Assembly: GCA_963751345.1 (NCBI GenBank)
Contig: CAVVUS010000036.1
Location: 1 to 63,521, forward strand
Length of the DNA: 63,521 nucleotides
Reading direction: 5' to 3'
Origin: an uncultured Chloroflexia bacterium
GTDB lineage: Bacteria; Chloroflexota; Anaerolineae; B4-G1; SLSP01
Part shown: in pieces, positions 1 through 9,656 of the stretch
Layout of the letters: every line of letters begins with the position of its first letter
How positions within the stretch are numbered: position 1 is the first letter of the stretch
The notes under the pieces: generated by a model
Told to the model about the DNA's origin: nothing
The model's input: only the letters and a program-made list of their open reading frames with translations
Databases searched by the model: none
Position numbers and translations under genes: made by a program

Positions 1-498
1 GCGTGGCGGCTCCCAACATCGGGGAAAGTGCGTTAGCACCGCCAGCGGAAAGCCCGGTGATGACATTGGGCCAGTTCACCTTCCTCGCAAGGAGGTTGTC
101 GCCGTCCGTTGCCACAGGCCAGTCGACAGTCCACGTAAGGTTAGGCTTTGACTGGGCGTTATCGCGATAGTCGATGGTGACCTTCTGATTCGCACCAGTG
201 CTGAGATCGATGACATCGCCTCCAGCGACATTGCTGATGCTGAAGATGATCGTATCTACCTCGCCCCCGCCCGCGACGGCGGCGGCGACGACGCTCCCCT
301 GCAGCTCCAGTGTGCCACGGACTTCCTCAAGGCCGGCGGCGGCAGCAGCTCCCTGGTGCGCCCGGTAATCATACCTGCCGACAGCATCGTGAAGGCAAAA
401 ACGGAGGCAACGACCACGAAGGCGATCAAGACAATGGCTGTCTCCAGTGCTGACAAACCGCTTCCGTGTCGCAGTGTTCGATCTGGTGTACCGAGCAT
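1..498 (-). CDS. Archaellin (archaeal-type flagellin ArlB/FlaB family), runs off the left edge, frameshifted near 350 and 92
   Basis: ATG at 498 with an AGGAGG RBS. Class III signal RHGSG|LSALETAIVLIAFVVVASVFAFTMLSAG (Glu at +5). After a frameshift it reads AGLEEVRGTLELQGSVVA...VDTIIFSISNVAGGDVIDLS...VTIDYRD...DGDNLL(E)EGE, all typical archaellin motifs. Confidence 0.85.
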
Positions 499-690
499 CG
501 CTTCCTCCTGAATGACTTTCTGCTGTTGGTTTGAGGTGAGTAAGATCATGACCATCCGCGATCATCTTTATCGCTGATGAGTGTCCCTTGTCGTGCCTTC
601 ACCTTTGCGTCTATGCGGTGGAAATGTGGGTTCAACAGAGCTGATTGTATACCTAATTCTTACCTGTGACATTTCGGTTTGATTCCAGGT

Positions 691-1247
691 TTATTCGGAG
701 GTTCTATGAAACCGGCCATGTGAAGCGGCCAATCTGATGCTCACGTACGCAATCCCGACCATGATGCCTGCCATCAGCCAGATCGATCCTTCCGGCCACA
801 GGATGCTGAGCAGCGTAATAAGGAGAATGAGCCGGTTACGCTGAGCATCATCGCCGGGCTGCTGGTGAGGATGCGGATCGCTGAGCGCAAGGCCAAGCTT
901 CGTGGCGGCGTCTCCTGGTTCTCGAGGAGCAAGCCTAAGGGATAGAGCTGCAGCGCCACCCAGATAAAGGCCAGCACCAACCATAGGGCCCGCAGCCAGA
1001 GCATCATCTTGGGCGTGAGTGTGGGCGGAAGCCCTCAAGGGTGAAGAAACGCACGTTAACGAACAGGGCGACGGCAAGTGCGACGTTCAGCAATGCCACA
1101 ATCCACGCGCGCCGCTGCCAACGAGTTACTATTGGCGACGGGCCCTCGGGTTCCAGGCTCCTGGAGCGCAGCAAGTGATTCGTGGACAATGTTTTTAAGT
1201 AGCTGGTTGTCGCGCTCCAGAGCCGTGATCCGGTCTTCCAGTGCCAA
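691..1247 (-). CDS. Hypothetical multi-TM membrane protein with N-terminal coiled coil (frameshifted)
   Basis: MALEDRITALERDNQLLKNIVHESL N-terminus. Hydrophobic segments are spread over ORFs 1004-1189, 774-1007 and 691-1077, which join by frameshifts. Confidence 0.55.
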
Positions 1248-1476
1248 TGCTCGACTCCTTGTGCTTCGATGGACTCATACCAAAGTCTTACTATTCATCA
1301 GTATAGCACAGCCTCGCTGGCATGGCTGTGCAGGTTCTTACAGAAAAATTCGCGAGGGGCTGCGGCGTCATGGAATCGCCAATGGATTCTATACTTTTAC
1401 ACAGCAAGACGGCGGGCGCGATCCTCTGCGATCGCGCCCGCCGTCTTTAAAGCGCTAGGTCAGTCGGGGCGTCAGG

Positions 1477-2320
1477 TTAGTCTGTGGATAGATAATACCC
1501 GCGTCCGCGCACCGTCCGGATGAACTGGGGGATGGCGGGGTCCAACTCGACTTTCTGGCGAAGGCGGAAGATGTAAGGACGCACGATGCACTGCGCCTCG
1601 TACTCGTCCAGAGCTCGTAGTCAAGTCCCTCAGTCGCAAGGTCGCGGCACGAAAAGACCCCGTCCGGCCTAGTCATCAACTGTGAGAGGATAGCCGCTTC
1701 TCCTTCCGTGAGTTCCTCGGGGTATCTTCCTCGTCGCACAGAAAGACGTGGCGTTTTTCACTATCGAGACAGAGCTGCCCGGCTCTGAGCAAGCCGGGTG
1801 TCCCCGCGCGGTGTGACCGGCTGTCGGTCTGAGATGGGGTTGAAGGCGGCGACGACGTCTTATGCCGGGATTCTGCAACTGGGCGACTGTCTCGGTGATC
1901 GTGTTGAGGAGCAATTTACGGCGCTGCTCCTTGATGCGCGCCGCAATCACCTTTTCCACCACCGCCAGTAATTCGTCGGCACCGAATGGGTTCGGCAGAT
2001 AGTCCCGCACGCCGGTGCGCACGGCGATGATCGCACTCTCGACCGTCGGATGGGCGGTGATGATGACGACGGGCAGATCAAGCCCGGCTGCGTGTACTCG
2101 CCGCATGACCTCCACGCCGTCGATGCCCGGCATTTTCAGATCGAGCAGCATCATGTCGTACGTCACCCGCTCAAGGGCCTGTAGTGCGGCGGCACCTGAA
2201 GCGGCTACGTCGACGACATAGCCTTGATCGATAGGGTCTCCTAGATCGCGGTGCGAATTCGTCAGCGTCATCAACGACCAGAAGCCGGGCTTTCGGGGTC
2301 GATTGTAGCACTTCGGTCAT
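1477..2320 (-). CDS. Response regulator (receiver + OmpR-type winged helix), frameshifted
   Basis: RLLVVDD...DMMLLDLKMPGIDGVEV...ITAH receiver motifs. C-terminal ELTEGEAAIL...FIRTVRGRGYYL wHTH motif, stop at 1477-1479. Confidence 0.8.
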
Positions 2321-2575
2321 CACCTTCGCTCTCACAAGACATGATCGACGCTTAGCCCAAGAATGTGGAAGGGGTATCAATCTCATTATCGTTAGGAGTC
2401 ACAACAGTGCAAGTTAGAGCCGACCCAACTGGATGATTTGCCAACATCGCCAGGTAGCGCTACCCTTGTGGTGTACCGGCGGCTGTATGCAGCCCCCACC
2501 GCCCAAAGTTCACAGAGAAGGCGGACGCATTCCTGCAACCGCAACCGGGATCGCTCTACCCTAAGGAGGCTCACT

Positions 2576-3568
2576 GTGCGTGTTCTCTTCATTGGTGGCA
2601 CAGGCAACATCAGCACCGACGTCAGTCAGTTGGCTCTGGCACAAGGCATCGAACTCTACCATCTCAACCGGGGCAAGACGGGCCTCGAGATTCCCGGCGT
2701 GCATACGCTGGTTGCCGATACTCATCGACCGGCTGAGGTTGACGCGGCGTTGGGAACGCTGACGTTCGACGCCGTCGTCAACTGGATTGCCTACACGGTT
2801 GACGATGTGGAGCAGGACATCGCACGCTTTGGCGGCAAGACGTCACAATACGTCTTCATCAGCTCCGCCTCGGTCTATCAGAAGCCACCGGCGCATCCCG
2901 TCATCACGGAGTCGACGCCGCTGCGCAATCCCTATTGGCAGTATGCGCGGAACAAAATCGCATGCGAGCGGCGGCTGGATCAGGCCTTTCGGGACGATGG
3001 ATTTCCCTCCGTCATTGTCCGCCCGTCGCTAACCTACGCCACGGTCTTCCCCGTGGCAATTGGTGGTTGGAAGTGCTACACGCTCGCTGACCGGATGCTC
3101 AAGGGCCAGCCGATCATCGTTCACGGTGATGGTGCTTCGCTATGGACGGTCACCGACGCTCGCGACTTCGCCAAGGGGTTCGTAAGGCTGTTGGGCAACC
3201 CTCAGACACCTGGCAACGCCTTCCACATCACGTCCGACGAGATCCTGACCTGGAACCAGATCTATGGCACGATCGCCGATGCCCTGGGTGTGGAGGCGAA
3301 CGTCGTGCACATTGCCTCGGACTACATCGCAAAGATACGGCCCGGCACGGGGGCGGGCTTGTTGGGCGACAAGGCGTGGAGCACGATTTTCGACAACACC
3401 AAGATCAAGGCCTATGTGCCCGGTTTTCAGGCTACCATACCTTTCCGTGAGGGCATCCGTCGCACGCTGGCGTGGTTTGATGAGGACCCTAGGCGTAAGT
3501 GGATCAACGACGCAGTGAACGAGGAGATGGACGCCATACTGGCGTCCTACGAACACGCGGTCGGGTGA
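2576..3568 (+). CDS. NAD-dependent epimerase/dehydratase (extended SDR)
   Basis: GTG start after AAGGAGG. GGTGNIS Rossmann motif, FISSASVY, YARNK catalytic YxxxK. Confidence 0.85.
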   Translation: MRVLFIGGTGNISTDVSQLALAQGIELYHLNRGKTGLEIPGVHTLVADTHRPAEVDAALGTLTFDAVVNWIAYTVDDVEQDIARFGGKTSQYVFISSASVYQKPPAHPVITESTPLRNPYWQYARNKIACERRLDQAFRDDGFPSVIVRPSLTYATVFPVAIGGWKCYTLADRMLKGQPIIVHGDGASLWTVTDARDFAKGFVRLLGNPQTPGNAFHITSDEILTWNQIYGTIADALGVEANVVHIASDYIAKIRPGTGAGLLGDKAWSTIFDNTKIKAYVPGFQATIPFREGIRRTLAWFDEDPRRKWINDAVNEEMDAILASYEHAVG

Positions 3569-3611
3569 GGGAGCGCACACGCATGCCCGATCCCGCACAG
3601 ATGGAGGAGCA

Positions 3612-4583
3612 ATGCAGCGGATAGCAGTCTTGACGAGTGGTGGCGACGCCCCGGGAATGAACGCGGCGATCCGCGCGGTCGTCCGATCGGGCCTCGACAA
3701 GGGGTGGGAGGTCTTCGGCGTGCATCACGGGTACGCCGGTCTAGTTGCTGACGATATTGTCTCACTGTCAGCACGTGACGTGGGTGGGATTATCCAGATG
3801 GGCGGCACAATGCTGGGCAGTGCCCGATGTCTCGAGTTCAAGACTGTAACAGGTCGACAGCTCGCGCTGGCACACCTCGACCAGCGTGGCATCGAGGCCC
3901 TTGTGGTCATCGGCGGGAATGGGTCTCAGACCGGCTCGTATGAATTGTCAGAGATGGGCTTTCCAGTCGTGGGGGTGGCCTCGACGATCGACAATGATCT
4001 CTGTGGCTCTGAGATGACGATCGGGGTCGACACGGCGCTCGATATCGCGCTCGAGGCCATCGACCGCCTCAAGGTGACGGCTGCCTCACATCATCGTGCA
4101 TTCCTTGTCGAGGTGATGGGGCGTGAGTGCGGCTATCTGGCGCTGATGTCAGGCATCGCGGGTGGGGCTGAGGCGATCGTACTCCCCGAGGTGCCGACCG
4201 ATCCAGAGGCCGTCGCGGCGGAACTGCAAAACGCCTATAGCAGGGGCAAGGCGAATGGCCTGGTCGTGGTGGCGGAGGGCGCGCAGTACAATGCCGCGAG
4301 CCTCGCACGCCACTTCACAGAGCACCATGAACGCCTAGGGTTCGATCTTCGGGTTACGACACTGGGCCACGTCCAGCGCGGTGGCGCACCCGGGGCCTTT
4401 GACAGGCTGCTGGCCAGCCGGCTGGGCGCAGGGGCTACATCTGCTCTGGCGCGGGGCGAGGCCGGCGTGCTGATGGGACTCATCAAGAGCGAGATCGTTG
4501 CCACACCGTTGGCCGAAGTGGTCTCCGGCAAGAAGCAACTGGATATGCGGCTGCTCGACCTCGCTCGTATGTTGGCTAAATGA
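3612..4583 (+). CDS. pfkA: ATP-dependent 6-phosphofructokinase
   Basis: IAVLTSGGDAPGMNAAIRAVV, GGTMLGSAR, TIDND, VEVMGR, LGHVQRGG. Confidence 0.95.
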   Translation: MQRIAVLTSGGDAPGMNAAIRAVVRSGLDKGWEVFGVHHGYAGLVADDIVSLSARDVGGIIQMGGTMLGSARCLEFKTVTGRQLALAHLDQRGIEALVVIGGNGSQTGSYELSEMGFPVVGVASTIDNDLCGSEMTIGVDTALDIALEAIDRLKVTAASHHRAFLVEVMGRECGYLALMSGIAGGAEAIVLPEVPTDPEAVAAELQNAYSRGKANGLVVVAEGAQYNAASLARHFTEHHERLGFDLRVTTLGHVQRGGAPGAFDRLLASRLGAGATSALARGEAGVLMGLIKSEIVATPLAEVVSGKKQLDMRLLDLARMLAK

Positions 4584-4669
4584 CCTGCTGCAGGACACCA
4601 TACCCGCCCTATCGGGAAGCATCGATGGCCGCGAGGCATGGTTCCAGGCGCGTCAATCTCCGCGCCTAC

Positions 4670-4951
4670 TCAAGCCGGGTCTCCGACATCGGTGAGCGTC
4701 CCGTGGCAACCCCGGCACCCGATGCCGGTACGGGCCATCGCGCCGCGTTGGCATTGCGTGACTGGGCCTGGGTGACACGAGGTACAGGCGTTGTCCGGCA
4801 CTTGGGAACGATCTATCTTGTCGATGCGGAAAGCATTCATGGCGCCGGACAGGGCTGTTATGGCGTCGTGGTTGTCAGTCACGCCCACGACAATGCCGGC
4901 GATGATACGAGGCGCCGTCGAAGGGACAGGGTGATCATCGCTGGCTTCCAT
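4670..4951 (-). pseudogene. Fragment of a multiheme c-type cytochrome (two CxxCH)
   Basis: CTSCHPGPVTQCQRGAM...CRGCHG. Short, with no clear signal peptide, and ends abruptly. Confidence 0.45.
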
Positions 4952-4985
4952 CGGAGATCTCTTAGTCTTGTGACCAAGCCGGTGA

Positions 4986-5912
4986 CTACCGTTTCGCGAG
5001 ATCGATTACAAGCCCGCCGTGATCCGATGCCCACCGCCAGCCATCCTCGGCGGTGAAGGGTCGATCAAAAAGCGTTCGCGCTGAGACCACGTCAAGACGT
5101 GCCACGTCTTCACGCGCGACAAAGATGTAGTCGATCCGCTTGTCGAAGGTGCCGAGGGGATCCGACAGATCGTCGACGCAGCACGTTAGCCCAGGTGCGT
5201 CAGGGTGCACGGCTCGATAGGTGTCAACCATTGATGAGGAAAGCGACCGGATCTGTGGCGTGTCCTCGGTTGCGTTTAGGTCGCCACAGACGATGGTGGG
5301 GTAGGGTGAACCTTCCACGACGTCGGTGAGGGCTGCTGCCTGGCGTTCGTTCACGCCGGCATCGCCGTCCGTCAGATGCGTGGCGACGATCCTCACATCC
5401 CCCAGCGGTGTTGCCGCCACGGCCTGGAGGGCGATGCGGTGTTCGAAGGGGCCTGCGCGCGGAAACAACTCGATCGCGACAATCTCACGCAGAGGATAGC
5501 GACTGAGGATCGCCTCCCCCTCCTCGAAGAAGATGGTCCACCGGTTGCCATTCGCACGGCTGTAGACGTAGGTATAGCCGGCCCGCGCGGCAAGATAAGC
5601 GGCGGTGTTGCCGTGACTCGGCGTCCAGCTGATCTCCTGGAGGCAGACGAGGTCCGGCTGCTCCTGCAAAAGGCCACCGGCGATCAGGTCGAGGCGGGAT
5701 TCAAGGTGATCGAACCGCGGATACCCGTGGAGGGTGTTGAGCGTGAGTACCCGCAGCATCTCCTGTTGGGCGGGGCTTGTTGAGCCGCACGTTCCCGGGC
5801 ACCCTTGGATGGGTGTGCCGGGCCGGCTCACGTTGAGCAGCCATAGGAGGACGAGCAGCGCCGCCACCAGTGGCCATCTCAGCCACGACAGATGAGCGTC
5901 TGCTCGTGCCAA
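4986..5912 (-). CDS. Endonuclease/exonuclease/phosphatase family protein with N-terminal TM anchor
   Basis: LRVLTLN, DLVCLQE, THL, CGDLNA, RIDYIF, SDH motifs. Confidence 0.88.
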   Translation of the reverse strand: MARADAHLSWLRWPLVAALLVLLWLLNVSRPGTPIQGCPGTCGSTSPAQQEMLRVLTLNTLHGYPRFDHLESRLDLIAGGLLQEQPDLVCLQEISWTPSHGNTAAYLAARAGYTYVYSRANGNRWTIFFEEGEAILSRYPLREIVAIELFPRAGPFEHRIALQAVAATPLGDVRIVATHLTDGDAGVNERQAAALTDVVEGSPYPTIVCGDLNATEDTPQIRSLSSSMVDTYRAVHPDAPGLTCCVDDLSDPLGTFDKRIDYIFVAREDVARLDVVSARTLFDRPFTAEDGWRWASDHGGLVIDLAKR

Positions 5913-5918
5913 CGAATG

Positions 5919-6390
5919 CTACCGGGTACGGCGGCGGGCGATGACCAGTAGGAACACTAGCGCAAACACGCCCAGCACCATCCAGATCACCGGCGATGCA
6001 TCTCCCGCTGCCGGGGCGTCGGTCTGTCGCGAGAAGAGCACCCAGGCAAGCACGCCTGCCATCGCTACGCCTAGGACGGCGGCGATTTGCGCATTGGAGC
6101 GCACCGACGAGAGCTCGGTCCGGTAGGGATTGACTCCGGCCTCGCGGAACGCGTCGCGCGAGCGCGCATCCCGCGGCCGCCGCAGCACCAGGCGCTGGTC
6201 ATCGAGCTTCAGTGCGAGTTCCCACTGTGAGCGAGCTTCTTCATCGAGGATCTGTTGCATTCGTTCCGGTTTTCGGAACGCACGGTATCCCGCCGTGCAG
6301 GATCTTGTACTCATACCTGTCCTCGCGGTCTTGCTGGATGAGGGCGGCGAGGAGTCGATCCTCCTCATCCTTTTGAGCCATCTCCGTCAT
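5919..6390 (-). CDS. Hypothetical membrane protein (two C-terminal TM helices), frameshifted
   Basis: MTEMAQ...YEYKIL joins FRKPERMQQILDEEARSQWEL...PYRT plus two hydrophobic helices. Confidence 0.6.
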
Positions 6391-6586
6391 CACGGGTATA
6401 AACGCGAACATACGCTGCCTCCCTCGAAGCATAGGGCATCTGAGTTCGGGCCCATCGCCAACAGTGTCTCTATCATAACCTACTTAGCCATCGCAGTACA
6501 TCGTATCGAGGGATGATTCGCACCTGTTCCAAAGGCCAGGCCTGATTTCCCGTGCCTCAAGTACGGCGGTCTTTGGAATTTGGCAC

Positions 6587-6615
6587 TTGACACGCAAATG
6601 TACCTTTGATATAGT
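6587..6615 (+). promoter_or_regulatory. Near-consensus sigma70 promoter with extended -10
   Basis: TTGACA (6587-6592), 17-bp spacer, TG-n-TATAGT (6610-6615). Predicted TSS about 6622. Confidence 0.75.
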
Positions 6616-6621
6616 GTTCTT

Positions 6622-7250
6622 GAGCGCTCTCAGGAGACATCGCCCACTACTTCTACGCTATGTCTCGTGCCCTGTTATTATCCGATACTATGATCTGCTT
6701 GTCGGATGACGTCATTCTGTAGTTCGCCGTTCTTACTCTTCATCATTCTAATCTCCTGAGAGCGCTCTCCTTCCCCCGGGAGAGCGTTTCACAACTCTTC
6801 GGGCATCTCTGGCCTTCCTTTCCTGTCCAGCCTACGCCTTCGGCTGTCCGCGTGTTCGATGACATTTCACAACTACTGCTGCCTTCAATAGAGATTCCCT
6901 ATGGTATGTCATCGAGAAGAGCGATGGTTGAGGTGACCATTGTCATTCATCCCCCCCACCGAATCCTATCCCATTCTGGATGCCCACGTGCCTGCACAGA
7001 TTGCGGGCCGTCGACGCGATTCCGTTACCGCCTGAGTGTCGTCGCGCGCAGCCTCGCCGCCGGCCACACTCAGATCCTGGGGTCGATCATGCCCTCGGGT
7101 CTCACCACCACCTTCCATGTTCGCCTCTTCGCCGTTTTCATCGGCGCCGTCGACTCCACTCACCCCGGTGCGTCAGCACTCCGAACGTACAGCTTGGTCA
7201 CGTCACCCTCCGTTCGTTCATCTTTCGACGTTCATGGGCCTTCTCCATGC
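6622..7250 (+). ncRNA. Candidate large structured non-coding RNA (unassigned family; 3' end uncertain)
   Basis: Starts at the predicted TSS with a perfect 16-bp stem (6622-6637/6752-6767). Many further nested inverted repeats, CU-rich loops and no convincing ORF. Confidence 0.45.
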
Positions 7251-7311
7251 GCTTGAGCGTACCCGGTCAGGTCTGACGGGCAACATCGAGCTTTGCGCTG
7301 CACCGGCGGCA

Positions 7312-7354
7312 GAAGGCGTGCCGGCGGCAGCAATACGTGCCACCGGCACGTCTT
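7312..7354. terminator. GC-rich hairpin (about 18-bp stem), terminator or REP-like
   Basis: GAAGGCGTGCCGGCGGCA-N8-TGCCACCGGCACGTCTTC, just past the stop of the minus-strand isomerase gene. Confidence 0.55.
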
Positions 7355-7381
7355 CTACGGGATGAGTGGCGCGCCCTGTTC

Positions 7382-8265
7382 CTATTGCGCCCGCAACTCG
7401 GCGTTCCGCACGGTGACGCCGACGGCGGCGGCCTGCTCGACGATGTAGCCGTAGCCCCAGTCCTGCTGACGCTCGGGGAAGTGCTCGATCATCATCGGGC
7501 ACGTCCTGTTCGAGCTTGACGATCTCGGCGATGTAGGCGCGGTAGTCGATCTCGCCGTCACCGGTGAAGGTCTCGTGGAAGTGGGTCTGGCTGTCCTTCA
7601 CCATCTTGATGTCTTTGGAATGGCAGCTCACAAGGTACTCGGCCAGCAGACGGAAACACTGGCGGATGAAGTCGTCGCTGAAGTAGAAGCGCCTGGGGCT
7701 GGAGATGATGTTGAAGGGATCCAGATGGACGCCAAAGCGGGGGCGGTCGACCGCCTCGACGAGCTCCCGGTAGATCTCGGGGCTGTCCGGCAGCAGCCGC
7801 GACTCGGTCTCCAGCACGTAGGTCGTGTGCTCCGGCTTGACGGTGTCGAGGATGCGCTGAACCATGGACACCGTCGTATCAAAGGAGGCTTGGCTGAAGT
7901 TCTCGGGGTTGTGCGCAAACCACCCGCCGGTGCTCACGGTGCCGCCGTGGCCCACGCAGCACAGCGAGCCCACGCGCTCCGCCCGCTCCAGCCGGCGGCA
8001 GGTCTTCTCGAAGTTCTGCTCGCGCAGCACGGGGTTGGTGTCCAGGATGTTGAGCGCATAGGCGCCCGTCTCGGCGATAACGATCCCCGCCTCGCTGATA
8101 GGCGGCCTTGATCTCCTCCAGCAGTACGGGATCCTCGACGCCGGGGTCGTACGCGGCGGAGAAGCCGTGCCGCAGGTGGTATGCCACCAGCCCCTCGGGC
8201 GTTCTGTCGGTCGCAAAACACTGCCCACCCACTCTCAGCTTGTTGTCGGTTCGGAGAAGGGACAT
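7382..8265 (-). CDS. Sugar phosphate isomerase/epimerase (xylose isomerase-like TIM barrel), two frameshifts
   Basis: YVLETE, FGVHLDPFN, SCHSKD, GDGEIDY, MMIEH metal ligands. Frames join near 8100 and 7495. Confidence 0.8.
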
Positions 8266-8380
8266 TGTCGGCTCCTTTGCGTATAGCGGAACGAAAAGGC
8301 TTGCTTATGTGATGATGCGCTGTTCCCAGCGATCGCACGAGTGGTCCAATCTCGGAAGGTTGCCACTCGTAGGGTGCTAC

Positions 8381-9416
8381 CTACGCCCAGGGATCGAGCA
8401 GGATCTTGCCACACTTGTGCGAGGCGGAGAGGGCCAGCGCCTCCTGGACCCGGCTCATCGGGAAGCGGTGGCTGATCTGCAGGTCGAGCAGGTCGGTCGA
8501 GCCGCGGATCACGCGCATCATCCCGTCGAAGTCGTTGACGCTGTAGTGCCACTGGCCGATCAGCGTCAGACCCTTGCGGATCATGTCGGGGCTGACCGTG
8601 ATCGGCAGCGGGTCCGAGCTCTCGGCGACGAAGCAGACGCGGCCCTTGGGGCGTGTGGCGTCGATGCACAGTCCGTTGGGAGTCGGTCACACCTGCACAG
8701 TCGATCGCGCAGGTGACGCCCAGCCCACCCTCGGTGAGCGCCCGGATCTGCTTTAGGGTGTCCGGGTCGTGGGCGTCGAAGACGGCGTCGGCTCCGAGGA
8801 GGCTCGCGCGCTCTATCCGCCAGGGTTCCAGCTCGGTGACGATGACGCGGGCGCCACGGAACTTGGCGTTGACGATGGCGCCCTGGCCTACCGGACCGGC
8901 GCCGGTGATCAGGACGGTATCGAGGGCGCCTACGTGCGCGGTCTGCATCGCCCCGAACGTGGGTCCCAGCCCACACCAGGCCATCGCCGCGTGGTCATCG
9001 GCGATATCGTCGGGGATGGTGGGGAGAAGCCAGGCGGCCCCCAGACGGTACTGGGCATAGGCCCCCGTGGGCTCAGTCTCTCCCGTGAAGTCAGTGTAGC
9101 TGACCTGGTTCTGGCAGTGGAGGAAATCGCCGGCGCGGCAGTAGGCGCATCGACCGCATGGGCCCGCTCCCATCAGGACGACCCGGTCACCCACCTCGAC
9201 ACCGCAGGGCTGGGCTACCTCGACGACCTCGCCGACGCCCTCGTGCCCCAACGCCGGAATCCGCCCGCTCTCGCCCGGCCCGTGGAGCCAGGCTTTGTAC
9301 TCGGTGCACATCGGCACGACGGTCATTTTGACCAGCGCCCAGTCCGCTTTGGGGTGGGGAATGGGCATATCGACGAGCTCGGCCTGCTGCTTGCCGGAGA
9401 TGATGGTCTTTTTCAT
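8381..9416 (-). CDS. Zinc-binding alcohol dehydrogenase (MDR family), frameshifted near 8670
   Basis: GHEGVGEV, CGRCAYCRAGDFLHC structural Zn, ITGAGPVG. C-terminus GKILLDPW in ORF 8381-8584. Confidence 0.88.
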
Positions 9417-9513
9417 TGAACCGTTCATGTGCGTTTCACTCCCTGTGTTTTGACGCGAGATCGACAGAGCTGCTTGTGAACGCTAGAAGGCGACCTTCCG
9501 CGGTAGTTCCGGG

Positions 9514-9623
9514 CGGATCTGTGATCCGCCGGGCATTAGTCAAGCCAGAGCGCCGGATCACAGATCCGGCGCGAACGTCAGAAGACGGCACTTCGCAAAT
9601 GCTCCAGACGGATTTGTGATCCG
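9514..9623. repeat. Three REP-like 15-bp imperfect palindromes in alternating orientation
   Basis: CGGATCTGTGATCCG (9514-9528), its reverse complement (9554-9568) and CGGATTTGTGATCCG (9609-9623). Confidence 0.7.
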
Positions 9624-9656
9624 CGCGGGAACGATCAACGGCCTGCTGCCGCCTGC

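Noticed and set aside
560-640. Possible c-di-GMP-I riboswitch upstream of the archaellin (GACGCAAAG on the minus strand)
   Set aside because: Only this 9-mer matches; the GGCAAAC and GNRA tetraloop elements are not visible.
6592-6603. LexA (GAAC-N4-GTTC-like) box in the strong promoter
   Set aside because: Only the right half-site (GTAC) resembles the consensus.
6622-6767. Retron msr-msd (terminal inverted repeats) or 6S RNA interpretation
   Set aside because: There is no reverse transcriptase nearby, and the interior does not form the long rod with a central bubble typical of 6S.
6852-7256. 134-aa plus-strand ORF in the candidate ncRNA region
   Set aside because: No RBS, Ser/His/Pro-rich composition reflecting the C/T skew, and no recognisable motif.
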